Origin: Spirochaetia bacterium
Lineage (GTDB): Bacteria > Spirochaetota > Spirochaetia > SZUA-6 > Bin103
Assembly: GCA_965203055.1 (NCBI GenBank)
Contig: OZ241863.1
Location: 3,424,001-3,488,000, forward strand
Direction of reading: 5' to 3'
DNA: 64,000 bases
The position numbers and the translations under genes were made by a program. The notes beneath the pieces were generated by a model. The model worked only from the letters and a program-made list of their open reading frames with translations, was not told the origin of the DNA and searched no databases. Of this stretch, positions 9,739-19,661 are shown one piece after another (the stretch's first letter is position 1; each line of letters opens with the position of its first letter).

Positions 9739-10257
9739 ATGTTGGACGCTCTGGCCCGGATACTGCCGTTCCTGTTGATCGCCGTGCTGGTCGTAAACCT
9801 GCTGCAGCGCGGCCTCACCAAACCGGATCAGGCGGACCGGCCGGCCCGCGCCGCCGCCCACCCGCGCTCCGGCGCCGCGCCGCGCCCGAGGGCCGCGCCG
9901 CGGGCGGCCACGCTGATCCTGGCCGGGTTGGTCCTCGCTGCCTGGGCGGCGGTTCTGCTCCTGCAGCGCTTGGACGCGCCGGACTGGACCGCGCTCGCGC
10001 TGGCGGCGGCGGCCGGCGGCGCCGCGTTCGGGCTGCGCGCCCGCCTCAAGGCGTTTCCACTGCGCTGCCGGCAATGCGGCCGGCGCCTGCCCCCGGGCAT
10101 TACGCTCGGCATCGACGCCGCGGCGGCGGCGCGCTACGAGGCCGGCGCCTGTCCCGCGCCCGACTGCGCCGCGGCGGGCGGCGGCCCGGCCCCGCGCGGC
10201 CCGGCGGCGAATCCCGACGCCGCGGCGCATAACCGCTCCGCGGCGCGCGACCAGTAG
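9739..10257 (+). CDS. hypothetical membrane protein with CxxC...CxxxxC putative metal-binding segment
   Basis: Three hydrophobic segments, then CRQC and CPAPDC; follows the GT gene by 13 nt; 3' end overlaps the convergent gene. Confidence 0.5.
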   Translation: MLDALARILPFLLIAVLVVNLLQRGLTKPDQADRPARAAAHPRSGAAPRPRAAPRAATLILAGLVLAAWAAVLLLQRLDAPDWTALALAAAAGGAAFGLRARLKAFPLRCRQCGRRLPPGITLGIDAAAAARYEAGACPAPDCAAAGGGPAPRGPAANPDAAAHNRSAARDQ

Positions 10258-11942
10258 CGCCCGCCGGCGAGAGCGCGGCGCCAGGCCGCATCCCCGGCGG
10301 CCAGCGCCTCGAGGGTCCGCAAGCCGAAGCCGCGGGCGAAGGGGAGCACCACCACCTTGCCGCTGATGCGCCCCGCGGCCACTGCTTCCACCGCGGCGCG
10401 CCCCCGCTCCAGGTCGGCGAGCGCGCCCAGCACGATGCCGGGATGCAAGGCACCCTCCGCCACCGAGGCCAGGGTCTGCAGCGTGGCCGCCAGCGGCGAA
10501 CCGGTGGTGCCGGCCACCCGTACGCCGCCAGCGGTGATCGAATGCAGCGGGAGGCGCACGCTACTGCCCTCCGCCACCCCCGCGAACACGTTCAGGTAGC
10601 CGCCGGCGCCCAGGAACCGAGCCGCGTGCTCCGCCGCCGCGGCGGAGGGCGCCAGCAACACCACGTCGTCGAACCCGCGCGGAGCCAGCCGCCGCAGTTC
10701 GCCGTCAACCGCCGCCGAGTCGCCGGAGTCGCCGGGCGCGGGCAGCAGGACCGGGGCCGGCAGTCCGAGCGCCGCGGCGCGCTCGCCCAGCGCCCGCAGC
10801 CGCTCCGGCACTCGGTCGGTGACCACCACGGTGGCCGGCGGTTGCGCCCGGGCCAGCGCGCGCAGCACGTGCATCTGGCCCATCGGTCCCGCTCCGCCGA
10901 CGAACCAGGCGCGGCCGCCAGGCGCCAGGTCGCGGCGCGCGGCGCCGGCATAGGCGGCTGCCACCTTGCCGTCGCAGCGGCCCACCAGGCGGATCCCCTG
11001 ATAGTGGATGCGGCCAATGTCGCACGCCAGCGCCGCGGCGCGGACCGCAGGGGCCGCCACCTGCAGGCTCACCACCGCGTGCCGCGGCAGCGCCGCGAAC
11101 AACCGCTCCATCCAGCCGGACGGCGGCGCGCCGGCGATGATCACGTCGTCGGCGCCCTGCGGCGGCGCGCCGTCGTGCCAGGCGACCGCCGTTCCCAACG
11201 CGCCGGCCCAGCGCTCGACCACGGTGCGATTGGCGCGCGTCAGGCCGGCGGCCACGATCCGCCGCGGCGGCGCGGCGTTCGGGTCGGCGGCCGGGGGCGC
11301 CACTCCCAGCCGTTCCGGCACCGCGCCGAAGCGGACCCCGGCAAGGTCCAGCGCGGGCTGGTCGGCAAAGCCGTACAGGCGCAGCGTGCCGCCGCCGCGC
11401 AGGTGGGTGCGGGCGGCGATCTGGTAGGCCGCCGCCACGCAGCTCCACGGCTCGATGAGCGCCCCTTCCACGGCGCCGACCTGCTCCGGCAGCGCCACCA
11501 GGTAGCAGCCCTCGTCGCCGTCCAGGACCTCGCGCCCCAGCACCACGTATTGCGCCAGCGCTCCGGGAAGCTGGTAGCCGACCGCCAGCGTGCGCCCCCG
11601 GTAGTACACGTCGGGCTGCAGGATGTAGCGCGCCCCGAGCCGCACCTGCCGGCGGCGGCGTTCGCCGACGCCCACCACCGTGAGGGTCACCTCGTGCCCT
11701 GGGGTAACCGGGGCCGCGGCCAGATCTCGCCCGCGCAGGCGGGCGTGCGCGCCGCCGGCCCGCACCAGCTTGGCGTCGGAGTAGCAGATGCCGACGGCAT
11801 CCACGCGACCTATCACGTCGTCCTCGCCGTACGGAGGAAACGGCACCTCGTCCGGGCCGCCGGCAGTCCCGAGGTGCTCCAATCCGGCGCCCTTCAGGCG
11901 CCACGCCAGGATCCGCCGCGGCAGCGGCTCGGCTAGCAGCAT
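10134..11942 (-). CDS. medium-chain (GroES-type) dehydrogenase, L-sorbose-1-phosphate reductase-like, extended form
   Basis: AVGICYSDAK, PGHEV, LIEPWSCV, GGAGPMG Rossmann motif, GKVVVLP; about 600 aa with a duplicated Rossmann-like segment. Confidence 0.8.
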   Translation of the reverse strand: MLLAEPLPRRILAWRLKGAGLEHLGTAGGPDEVPFPPYGEDDVIGRVDAVGICYSDAKLVRAGGAHARLRGRDLAAAPVTPGHEVTLTVVGVGERRRRQVRLGARYILQPDVYYRGRTLAVGYQLPGALAQYVVLGREVLDGDEGCYLVALPEQVGAVEGALIEPWSCVAAAYQIAARTHLRGGGTLRLYGFADQPALDLAGVRFGAVPERLGVAPPAADPNAAPPRRIVAAGLTRANRTVVERWAGALGTAVAWHDGAPPQGADDVIIAGAPPSGWMERLFAALPRHAVVSLQVAAPAVRAAALACDIGRIHYQGIRLVGRCDGKVAAAYAGAARRDLAPGGRAWFVGGAGPMGQMHVLRALARAQPPATVVVTDRVPERLRALGERAAALGLPAPVLLPAPGDSGDSAAVDGELRRLAPRGFDDVVLLAPSAAAAEHAARFLGAGGYLNVFAGVAEGSSVRLPLHSITAGGVRVAGTTGSPLAATLQTLASVAEGALHPGIVLGALADLERGRAAVEAVAAGRISGKVVVLPFARGFGLRTLEALAAGDAAWRRALAGGRYWSRAAERLCAAASGFAAGPRGAGPPPAAAQSGAGQAPAS

Positions 11943-12056
11943 GGGCCCAATGAGCGCCTCTCAGGCGCCGGCCGGTCAAATGCCCCGCGAACGCGCCTTG
12001 CGCGCCTTGCGCACCAAGTAGCCGAAGCCGCCCGCGAAGCGGTATCATTTGGCGCC

Positions 12057-13304
12057 ATGCAACTCATGAGGTCGGACAAGCTCAGGGACGTACGCTACGA
12101 CATTCGTGGTCCGGTTCTGGCCGCGGCGCAACGCCTCGAGGCGGACGGGGTCCGGGTGGCCAAGCTCAATATCGGCGATCCCGCGCCGTTCGGCTTCGAA
12201 GCCCCGGCCGCGATCGTCCGCGAGGTGGCCGAAAATCTCGCCCGCGGTAACGGCTACAGCGAGTCCCAGGGATTGCCCGCGGCGCGCCGCGCGGTGCTGC
12301 AGCGCTACCAGGCGCTCGGCGTGCCGCGCCTGCAGCTCGACGACATCTTTCTCGGCAACGGCGTCAGCGAGCTGATCACCATGGCCATGCAGGGCCTGCT
12401 CAACGCCGGCGACGAGGTGTTGATCCCCGCTCCCGACTACCCCCTGTGGAGCGCCGCGGTCAACCTGTCCGGCGGGCGCGCGGTGCACTACCTGTGCGAC
12501 GAGCAATCCGACTGGGCGCCCGACGTTGCCGACATGGCCTCCAAGGTCACGTCCCGGACCCGCGCCATCGTGGTGATCAATCCCAACAACCCCACCGGGG
12601 CGGTGTACCCGCGCGACTGCCTGGAGCAGATCGTGGCGTTGGCCCGCACCCATCGGCTGGTGCTGTTCGCCGATGAGATCTACGACCGGATCCTCTACGA
12701 CGGCGTGCGCCACACCCCGCTGGCGCTGCTTGCCGACGACATTCTCATTGCTACCTTCAACGGCCTCTCGAAGACCTATCGGATCCCCGGCTACCGTTCC
12801 GGCTGGATGCTGGTCAGCGGCGCCAAGCATTCCGCGCGCGACTACCTGGAGGGCCTCGGCGTCCTGTCATCCATGCGGCTGAGCGCCAACGTACCCGGCC
12901 AGCTCGCCGTCGCGGCCTCGCTTGGCGGCGTTCAGAGCATCGATCAGCTCACCGCTCCGGGGGGGCGGCTGAGGTTGCAGCGCGACGTGGTGTTCGAGGC
13001 ATTGCAGACCATCCCCGGAGTCAGTTGCGTCAAGCCGCGCGGCGCCTTCTACCTGTTTCCCAAGGTAGACGCCGCGCGCTTCGGTATTCAGGACGACGAA
13101 CGGATGATCCTGGATCTGCTGACGCAGGAACAGGTGCTGCTGGTCCATGGCACCGCCTTCGGCTGGAGCCGGCCGGATCACTTTCGCGTGGTGTTTCTCC
13201 CCCACGTCGACCAGCTCACCGCAGTGGCCGCGCGGCTGCGTCACTTCTTCAGCCACTACGTACAGGAGGCCGGCGCCCCGGCCCTGTCCGCGCGGAGCGC
13301 CTGA
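12057..13304 (+). CDS. alaA: glutamate-pyruvate (alanine) aminotransferase, PLP class I
   Basis: YDIRGPV, LNIGDPA, GNGVSELI, PDYPLW, INPNNPTG, DEIYD, NGLSKTYRIPGYRSGW. Confidence 0.92.
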   Translation: MQLMRSDKLRDVRYDIRGPVLAAAQRLEADGVRVAKLNIGDPAPFGFEAPAAIVREVAENLARGNGYSESQGLPAARRAVLQRYQALGVPRLQLDDIFLGNGVSELITMAMQGLLNAGDEVLIPAPDYPLWSAAVNLSGGRAVHYLCDEQSDWAPDVADMASKVTSRTRAIVVINPNNPTGAVYPRDCLEQIVALARTHRLVLFADEIYDRILYDGVRHTPLALLADDILIATFNGLSKTYRIPGYRSGWMLVSGAKHSARDYLEGLGVLSSMRLSANVPGQLAVAASLGGVQSIDQLTAPGGRLRLQRDVVFEALQTIPGVSCVKPRGAFYLFPKVDAARFGIQDDERMILDLLTQEQVLLVHGTAFGWSRPDHFRVVFLPHVDQLTAVAARLRHFFSHYVQEAGAPALSARSA

Positions 13305-13328
13305 GCCGGCTCCGCCGCGCGGGGCCCA

Positions 13329-14645
13329 ATGCCGCCGTCCATCGCCTTCGCCAATCTCGGCTGCCGCCTCAACATCGCCGAAAGCGACGCCCTGGCGGCG
13401 CGCTTCCTGGCCGCCGGTTACCGCGTGGTGACCGCCGGCGCGGCGCCGGACGTGGTGGTCGTCAATACCTGCACCGTGACCGGCCAAGCCGACCGCAAGT
13501 CGCGCAACGCGCTGCAGCGCGCCATCCGGGCGCCGCGGCCCGGCGCCGGTGAGCGCCGCCCGCTGGTAGTGGCGACCGGCTGCTACGTCACGGCGCACGG
13601 CGGCGCGGCCTGCGACCTGCCCGGCGTCGACTACGCGGTGGACAACGCCCGCAAGAGCCAGATCTTCGATCTGGTAGCCGCCCACCTGGCCGGCGAGGTG
13701 GCCGACCCGGCGGCGCTGCCGCCCGATCCGTTTGGCTACCGCCCCGGCCCGCAGCCGCTGCATACCCGCGCCAGCATCAAGATTCAGGACGGCTGCGACA
13801 ACTTCTGCACCTTCTGCATCATCCCGGCGGTGCGCGGCCGCGCCCGCAGCCGGCCGGCCCCCGCCATCCTGCAGGAGGCGCGCCGCCTGATCGCCGCCGG
13901 CCACCGCGAGCTGGTGCTTACCGGCGTCAACCTCGGCCGCTACGACTGGTGCGGCTGGGGCTTCAGCCGGCTGTTGCAGGAGCTGCTGGAGCTGCCGGGC
14001 GAGTACCGCATCCGCGTCTCCTCCCTGGAGCCGGAGCCGCTCGACGAATGCTTCATCGAGCTCACCGCCCACGACAAGCTGTGCCCGCATCTGCACCTGT
14101 GCCTGCAGAGCGGATCGGACCGGGTGCTGCTGCGCATGCGGCGCGAGTACCGCGTCGACCGCTACCTGGAGCTGATCTCCCGCATCCGCGCCGCCTGGGC
14201 GCGGCGCGGCGCGCCCGCCCACTTCAGCACCGACGTGCTGGTGGGCTTCCCCGGCGAGACCGAGACCGACTTCGCCCGCACCCTGGAGGTATGCGAGAGC
14301 GTGGACTTCGGCCACATCCACACCTTCCGCTACTCGCCGCGCGCCGGGACCCGCGCCGCCCGGCTGCCGGACGCCGTACCGGAACCGGTCAAGGCGCAGC
14401 GCAGCGCGGCGATACGCGCGCTGGCGGCCGCCGGGCGCCGCCGCCTGGCGCAACGGTTCCTCGGCCGCGAGCAGCAGGTGCTGGTGGAGGAAGCCACCGG
14501 CGGCAGCGCTGCCGGGTACGGCGAGTCCTACCTGCGGGTCCGCTTCCCGGCCCCCGATCAGCCCGCCGCCGGCGAACTGCGCCGCGTCGTCGTGACCCGA
14601 GCCGCGGCCGACGGGATCCTGGCCGGGCTCCCCGCCGGCGTCTGA
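13329..14645 (+). CDS. mtaB: tRNA t6A37 methylthiotransferase (radical SAM, MiaB-like)
   Basis: LGCRLN, NTCTVT, ATGCY, CDNFCTFC radical-SAM motif, LQSGSD, GFPGET, YSPRAGT. Confidence 0.9.
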   Translation: MPPSIAFANLGCRLNIAESDALAARFLAAGYRVVTAGAAPDVVVVNTCTVTGQADRKSRNALQRAIRAPRPGAGERRPLVVATGCYVTAHGGAACDLPGVDYAVDNARKSQIFDLVAAHLAGEVADPAALPPDPFGYRPGPQPLHTRASIKIQDGCDNFCTFCIIPAVRGRARSRPAPAILQEARRLIAAGHRELVLTGVNLGRYDWCGWGFSRLLQELLELPGEYRIRVSSLEPEPLDECFIELTAHDKLCPHLHLCLQSGSDRVLLRMRREYRVDRYLELISRIRAAWARRGAPAHFSTDVLVGFPGETETDFARTLEVCESVDFGHIHTFRYSPRAGTRAARLPDAVPEPVKAQRSAAIRALAAAGRRRLAQRFLGREQQVLVEEATGGSAAGYGESYLRVRFPAPDQPAAGELRRVVVTRAAADGILAGLPAGV

Positions 14646-14648
14646 AAC

Positions 14649-14688
14649 CGGGCGCGCGCGTCCGGCCCGGCCGGATCGGGCGCGCCCG
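14649..14688. terminator. GC-rich inverted repeat between convergent genes (probable bidirectional terminator/stability hairpin)
   Basis: CGGGCGCGC...TCCGG/CCGGA...GCGCGCCCG; no U-tract. Confidence 0.45.
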
Positions 14689-14716
14689 CGGCGTCCCAAC
14701 CCGGCCGGCTCCCCGG

Positions 14717-17425
14717 CTAACGGCGTGAATGCACGTACAGCTCGGTAAACTCCACCGGCCCGCCCAGGGCGCGCAGGGCGACCGCGTCGGCTTCCCCGCG
14801 CGCGACGTCGGGCGAGACCGCGACCTTGAACTGTTCCATTCCATCCACCAGTACGGTGATCGAGCCGTAACACGGCATGGCGCCCATCGGCTCCGCGCAG
14901 TCGGCGGGTTGGTAGAGCGCCTCCAGCGTCAACCCGGGCGTCAGCCCCTGCAACAGGTTGCGGCTGTTCAGCCACATCAGGCGATTGCCGTCCAGCGACT
15001 GGTAGAGCTGCACCTGGGTAGCTTCCGTGTCGTAGAAGTCCCGTTCGCGGGTTGCCCACACCAAGTAGGAGCGGCCGAAGTTCCAGGTGTTGCCCGACTG
15101 CGGCGTTCCCGAGGCGAGGAAGTGCAACCCGTACCCCACCTTCCGATCGCCGGCGGCGCGCACCGTTATGCCGTACAGGGTCGGCGCCGCCGGCTGCGGC
15201 ACGTTGCGGAACGCGAACTTGGCGTGGCTGCTGTCGGCCTCGACCTGGCTCACGACACCGGCCGGGGAGGTAATCCAGACCCCCTCGCCGGGCAGCGCCC
15301 GCCCCTCGCCGACGCCGCTCACCACGCGCCTGACGCCGGCGGAGCTCAACAGCTCGTCGCGCAACAGCTCGGCCGCGCTCCTGACCCGGTGGCCTTGCCC
15401 GCGCTGGGAGATCACGATCTGTCCGCCGCGCTCGAACCGCAAGGTAAAGGAGTAGGCCGCGCCGCCGACCCCGACGTTGGAGATCACCATCGTCTCGGGG
15501 CCGAGCACGTCGATGGCCGGCGCCGACAGGTCGAGCTCCGGCAGGGTGCCTGAAGCGGGATCAAACAGCTCCTCCACCACCCCCCGGCTGGCGCCGGTGT
15601 AGCGCAACCGCGCGGCCAACTCGCCGCCGTCATACCTGATCCCGGAGACGTAGATCGACTCCGGCCCGGCGACCGACACCTGCGCGCGGTCCAGCTCCAG
15701 GAGATTGAAGTCCACCGCGGTCGGCGTGATGCGCCGCCCCGCGCGGTCCCGCATCAGCACCGCAAGTTCGGCGCGGACCTGCGCCGCGGCCGCCGCCGCG
15801 GCTGCGGCTTCCTCCTGCGCGGCCGCCACCTGCTGCGCCGAGGCGACCGCCGCAGCCTCGGCCGCAACCTGCGCCGCCTCGGTCTCGGCCTGCGCCGCCG
15901 CTACCCGCTGCGCCCAAGCTGCCGCCGCGGTCGCCGCGGCCACTTGCGCAGCCTCGGCTTCAGCCTCCGCCGCCGCCACCTGTTGCGCCGGCGTGGGCGG
16001 CAACGTCACGCGCCGGATCCCGGCCACCTCCAAGCGGTTGCCGCCGGCGTAGCGCAGCCGTCCCGAGTAGCCCTGACCCTCCACTTCGACGTAGGAGACG
16101 TTCAGCGCGTCCGGCGGCACGAAGGCCAGCCGCGTCCGGCCCAGGCCCACCGAGTCGGGAATCAGCTTGCCGCGCGGCCCGTACACCTGCTCCACCGTCG
16201 CGCTGGTACCGCCGCGGTACTTCAACAATGCCGAATAGGTCTGGCCGTCATACCTGATCGACGACACGTAGATCGTGTCCGGCCCGGCCAGCGATGCCCG
16301 CGCCGTAGCGAAGCTCAACCGGTCCGGCATCAGTTGACCGGCGGCAACGGCTACCGCGGCCGGCTGATGCTCGGCCGCCCGCGCCATACCTGCCTCGGCC
16401 CGGGCAGCCGCGGCCTGCGCGGCGCTCACCGCAGCCGCCATCCCGGCCTGCGCCGCGGCCGCGGTCTGCTTCGCTTCCGCCAGCGCCGCGGCCGCCGCCG
16501 CCAGCTCCGCCAGCGCCTCACCGGCGGCCGCCTCGGCGGCTCCTGCCGCGGCCTGCGCCCGGGCGCCTTCAGCCGATGCCGCGGCGAGCTGCTCCTGCAG
16601 ACCGGCAATCCGCTGCGCCGCATTGGGCGGCAGCGTTACCCGCTGAATGCCGGCAACCTCCAACTCATTGCCGCCGGTGTGACGCAACTGACCCGCATAG
16701 CCGCGCCCGCCGACGCCGACGTTGGCCACCTCGAGGGTATTCGGCGCTACCAGCGAGAGACTCGTCTGCGACAGGTCCACCGAGCCGGGAATCGTGGCGC
16801 CATCCGCCGCGAAGACCCGCTCTACCGTGGCCGTGGTGCCGCCCCGATATTTCAGGAGCGCGGAATAGGGCTTCCCGCCATACCTGATCGCCGACACGTA
16901 GATGGTGTCGGGACCGGCCACCGTTACCTGCGCCGCCGAGAGATCCAGCAGGCCGGGATCGAGTTGTTCCGGGGAAACCCGGATGCCGGGGGCGGGCGCG
17001 GCCGCGCGCAGAGCCCTGACCTCGGCCTGCGTCCGCTCGGTTCCCGCCCGGGCCTGCGCGGCCTCGGCCCGGGCCGCCGCCGCAGCCCCCTCAGCCTCGC
17101 TCAGCGCCACTTCCGCGGCCGCCGCTTCCGCTCGCGCGGCAACGGCTTCTTGCTGCGCCGCGGCGACCTGCGCGGTCAGCGCCGCGGCCTCCGCTTCCAG
17201 CGCCGTCACCTTCTCCTGCAGGCCGCTTACCTGCTCGACGGTCGGTTCGGGGGCCGCGGTTGGTTCGGGAGCCGCTGCCTCCGCCGCCGCGGCCTCCTCC
17301 GGCTCGGCAGCCGCCGGCTCGCGCCCGGCGGAGGCCGGAGACACGCAGCCGATCTGACCCAGCATCATCGCAGCGCCAAGCAGCGCCGCGCCCAGTCCCG
17401 TTCTATACATCGTTCGCTCCGTCAT
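14717..17425 (-). CDS. large putative lipoprotein with three ~120-aa beta-rich repeats separated by Ala/Glu-rich coiled coils
   Basis: ATG in an ATGA overlap with the lpoB stop; signal peptide ending ...GQIGC; repeated GP(D/E)(T/S)IYVSxIRYxG units. Confidence 0.8.
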   Translation of the reverse strand: MTERTMYRTGLGAALLGAAMMLGQIGCVSPASAGREPAAAEPEEAAAAEAAAPEPTAAPEPTVEQVSGLQEKVTALEAEAAALTAQVAAAQQEAVAARAEAAAAEVALSEAEGAAAAARAEAAQARAGTERTQAEVRALRAAAPAPGIRVSPEQLDPGLLDLSAAQVTVAGPDTIYVSAIRYGGKPYSALLKYRGGTTATVERVFAADGATIPGSVDLSQTSLSLVAPNTLEVANVGVGGRGYAGQLRHTGGNELEVAGIQRVTLPPNAAQRIAGLQEQLAAASAEGARAQAAAGAAEAAAGEALAELAAAAAALAEAKQTAAAAQAGMAAAVSAAQAAAARAEAGMARAAEHQPAAVAVAAGQLMPDRLSFATARASLAGPDTIYVSSIRYDGQTYSALLKYRGGTSATVEQVYGPRGKLIPDSVGLGRTRLAFVPPDALNVSYVEVEGQGYSGRLRYAGGNRLEVAGIRRVTLPPTPAQQVAAAEAEAEAAQVAAATAAAAWAQRVAAAQAETEAAQVAAEAAAVASAQQVAAAQEEAAAAAAAAAQVRAELAVLMRDRAGRRITPTAVDFNLLELDRAQVSVAGPESIYVSGIRYDGGELAARLRYTGASRGVVEELFDPASGTLPELDLSAPAIDVLGPETMVISNVGVGGAAYSFTLRFERGGQIVISQRGQGHRVRSAAELLRDELLSSAGVRRVVSGVGEGRALPGEGVWITSPAGVVSQVEADSSHAKFAFRNVPQPAAPTLYGITVRAAGDRKVGYGLHFLASGTPQSGNTWNFGRSYLVWATRERDFYDTEATQVQLYQSLDGNRLMWLNSRNLLQGLTPGLTLEALYQPADCAEPMGAMPCYGSITVLVDGMEQFKVAVSPDVARGEADAVALRALGGPVEFTELYVHSRR
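15383..16990 (-). repeat. three intragenic domain repeats (approx. 16625-16990, 15995-16360, 15383-15737)
   Basis: GPDTIYVSAIRYGGKPYSALLKYRGGTTATVE / GPDTIYVSSIRYDGQTYSALLKYRGGTSATVE / GPESIYVSGIRYDGGELAARLRYTG. Confidence 0.85.
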
Positions 17426-18126
17426 TCCCACGAAAAGCTCTGGTTGTCGCCCAGCTTCGCGATCACCTGCTCGAACTCCCAGTAGGCGAGTCCGGTGGCA
17501 ATGTTGGTCATGGTAAGCTGGAAGTAGTAATCGACCTGCTGCTTGCCGTCGATCACGTTGGCGCGCTGGATGATCTTGCCGGACAGACTCAATTCCGGCG
17601 CCACCATGGTGCCGTCCTGGGCCACGGTGTCCTGATTGAACAGTTCCGAGTCCTGCAGTTCGCGGGTCTGCGCGCTCAGAGGATCTTCGGGACCCTCCAG
17701 ACCCACCGCGGTGGTCACGATGACCCGGCCGCTGTTGAGCAGGTCGACCCGGATCTTCTTGACGAGCTGATCGGTGTCGATGTTGAGCGTCGTATCGTTG
17801 ATCATGCGGCTGATCGCCATCACCCAGGGCGCGGTGCTGCCCGGTTTGCGCGACAGCGGGCTGCTGAGAAACGACGCCACCGCCTGCTCCGCGGCGTACT
17901 CGAAGTCGCGGTAATCGAGTCCCAGCGTCGTCGTCTCGCCGGGCTGCGGAGACGGCCGGTCGGTATCCAGATAGATCGGCGTGGTCCTGCAACCGGCCGC
18001 CAGCACCGCGGCCGCGGCGATGGCCGCGGCGGTGAACGACGTGACCCGCGCCAACCGGCCGGCCGCTGAGACCGCGCCGGCGCGGGTCGTGGACTGCGAG
18101 ATGACTGAGCGAGCGTGCTGATTCAT
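17422..18126 (-). CDS. lpoB: penicillin-binding protein activator LpoB-like lipoprotein
   Basis: Lipobox LAAGC; INDTTLNIDT, KKIRVDLLNSGR, LSGKI, YYFQLTM..TGLAYW; strong AGGAGG RBS. Confidence 0.8.
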   Translation of the reverse strand: MNQHARSVISQSTTRAGAVSAAGRLARVTSFTAAAIAAAAVLAAGCRTTPIYLDTDRPSPQPGETTTLGLDYRDFEYAAEQAVASFLSSPLSRKPGSTAPWVMAISRMINDTTLNIDTDQLVKKIRVDLLNSGRVIVTTAVGLEGPEDPLSAQTRELQDSELFNQDTVAQDGTMVAPELSLSGKIIQRANVIDGKQQVDYYFQLTMTNIATGLAYWEFEQVIAKLGDNQSFSWE

Positions 18127-18191
18127 TTCAGGTTCCTCCTCCTCGAACGAGGGACTGTCTGCGCGCGGCGGCGCGCGGCAACGGCGCCGCC

Positions 18192-19607
18192 CTACCCATC
18201 GCCGAACGCCGCGACGTGGACGGCGGGCGGCACGTCCGAACGAATGGTCTTCACTACCACCAGAACGTAGCGTCCCGCCGGCAGCACCAGCTCCCGCGCG
18301 GAGCCGGCCCCGGTTCCGATCGATATGCGGCCGTCGTCCGGGCGGGCGAGACTGGCGACCCCGATCGACTGCGGCAGCGCCCGCCAGATGCGGGTGTCGG
18401 CCTGGGTGACGACCGCGCTCGCGATCGGCGCGACTACGTTCAACACCGAGGCGATGCCGCCCTGCTCGCGCGCCTGGCGCTGGATCTCCAGTTGGATCAG
18501 ACTGCGGATCACGGTTCCCGCCACCGCCTTGAACACCACCGAATCGTAGCCGGCCTGGAACTCGGTGGCGGCATAGCGATCGACGTCCAGCAGCCGCTCG
18601 GTGCGGTGCTCCCGGCCCGCGGCGGTGACCTGCAGCGCGCCCGCGGCCGGCACGCCGGGGCGAAACTCAGGCAGCGCGGCGGAGACCACGAGCACCCCAT
18701 CGCCGGTGTAGATCGGCAGATCGAAGCGGAACGCCTCCAGGTAGGGCCCGGTACCATCTTCGTGGACGATCCATACCCGGCCGTCGGGCCGCGGCCCTCC
18801 GCCCGCCACCCGCTCGGCCTCCACCAGGTCGGCGAGCACGTGGCGGTTGCTCTGGCCGTCGAGCACCGCGGCGTTGCGGAACAGGTTGGAAGCGCGGTTG
18901 GCTTCGCCGGTCGCCAGCCGGAACACGCCGTGCAGCCAGTCGGTGAACGGATTGCGCAGGCCGCGGTATTGGCCCAACGACTCCACCGCCCGCAGCCGGG
19001 CGGCGACCGGTCCCTGCGGGTCCATCACCTCGTCCATCGAACGGCCGACCTCCTGCCGGTATTGCTCGTCGTCCTCTCCGGCTCCCAGCGCCCCCACCTT
19101 GGAGGCCAGTTGATGCACCGCGTTCTCCTGCCGCTGGTCGGCCCGGTTCAGCTCCACCCGGGCGCGGGCCAGGTCGCCGGTATGCAAGGCGTTCAACGCC
19201 TTGAAGGTATTGACCAGCACGCCGTCGTAGATGGTCCCCTGGTACGACACCATCAGATCGTTGCCCACCAGGGTGAACCCCGCCGCCAGCAGGTCCTCGA
19301 CGCTGGCGACTTCGTCCGCCTTCCACAGCAATTGCGATTCCGCGCGGTCGAATGCCTCCTGCGAGACGTCGAATCTGCCCGCCGCGCGCAGCGTCATGGC
19401 CGCGTGCAGGGAGGTCAGGAGTTGCTCCACCTCATAGTCGAGGCCGCTCTCGCCGCCGAGCAGCGCGCCCGCCGCGTCGTACTGGCCGGCGTGGTACTCA
19501 CCGAGGAACTGTTCGGTGCGGGTGAGGTCCGACATGCCGGCGCAGCCGCACAGCATGACGGCGAGAACGAGCGGCACTCCGAGAGGGATACGATAGCGCT
19601 TCCACAC
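18192..19607 (-). CDS. COG3014-family lipoprotein
   Basis: Lipobox LCGC; YQG..YDGVLVNTFKALN, ARVELNRA..RQ, QADTRIWRALP; commonly upstream of lpoB. Confidence 0.75.
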   Translation of the reverse strand: MWKRYRIPLGVPLVLAVMLCGCAGMSDLTRTEQFLGEYHAGQYDAAGALLGGESGLDYEVEQLLTSLHAAMTLRAAGRFDVSQEAFDRAESQLLWKADEVASVEDLLAAGFTLVGNDLMVSYQGTIYDGVLVNTFKALNALHTGDLARARVELNRADQRQENAVHQLASKVGALGAGEDDEQYRQEVGRSMDEVMDPQGPVAARLRAVESLGQYRGLRNPFTDWLHGVFRLATGEANRASNLFRNAAVLDGQSNRHVLADLVEAERVAGGGPRPDGRVWIVHEDGTGPYLEAFRFDLPIYTGDGVLVVSAALPEFRPGVPAAGALQVTAAGREHRTERLLDVDRYAATEFQAGYDSVVFKAVAGTVIRSLIQLEIQRQAREQGGIASVLNVVAPIASAVVTQADTRIWRALPQSIGVASLARPDDGRISIGTGAGSARELVLPAGRYVLVVVKTIRSDVPPAVHVAAFGDG

Positions 19608-19623
19608 GGTGTGTCTTACGTTC

Positions 19624-19653
19624 AAGCTATGGCGCGCAAGCCACCGCTGTCAA
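19624..19653 (-). promoter_or_regulatory. sigma70-type promoter of the lipoprotein operon
   Basis: TTGACA-N18-TAGCTT on the minus strand. Confidence 0.6.
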
Positions 19654-19661
19654 TCGAATCG

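Noticed and set aside
17426..17992. N-terminal extension of the 1091-aa ORF 14717-17992
   Set aside because: Overlaps lpoB in another frame; the start at 17425 gives a signal peptide and an ATGA coupling
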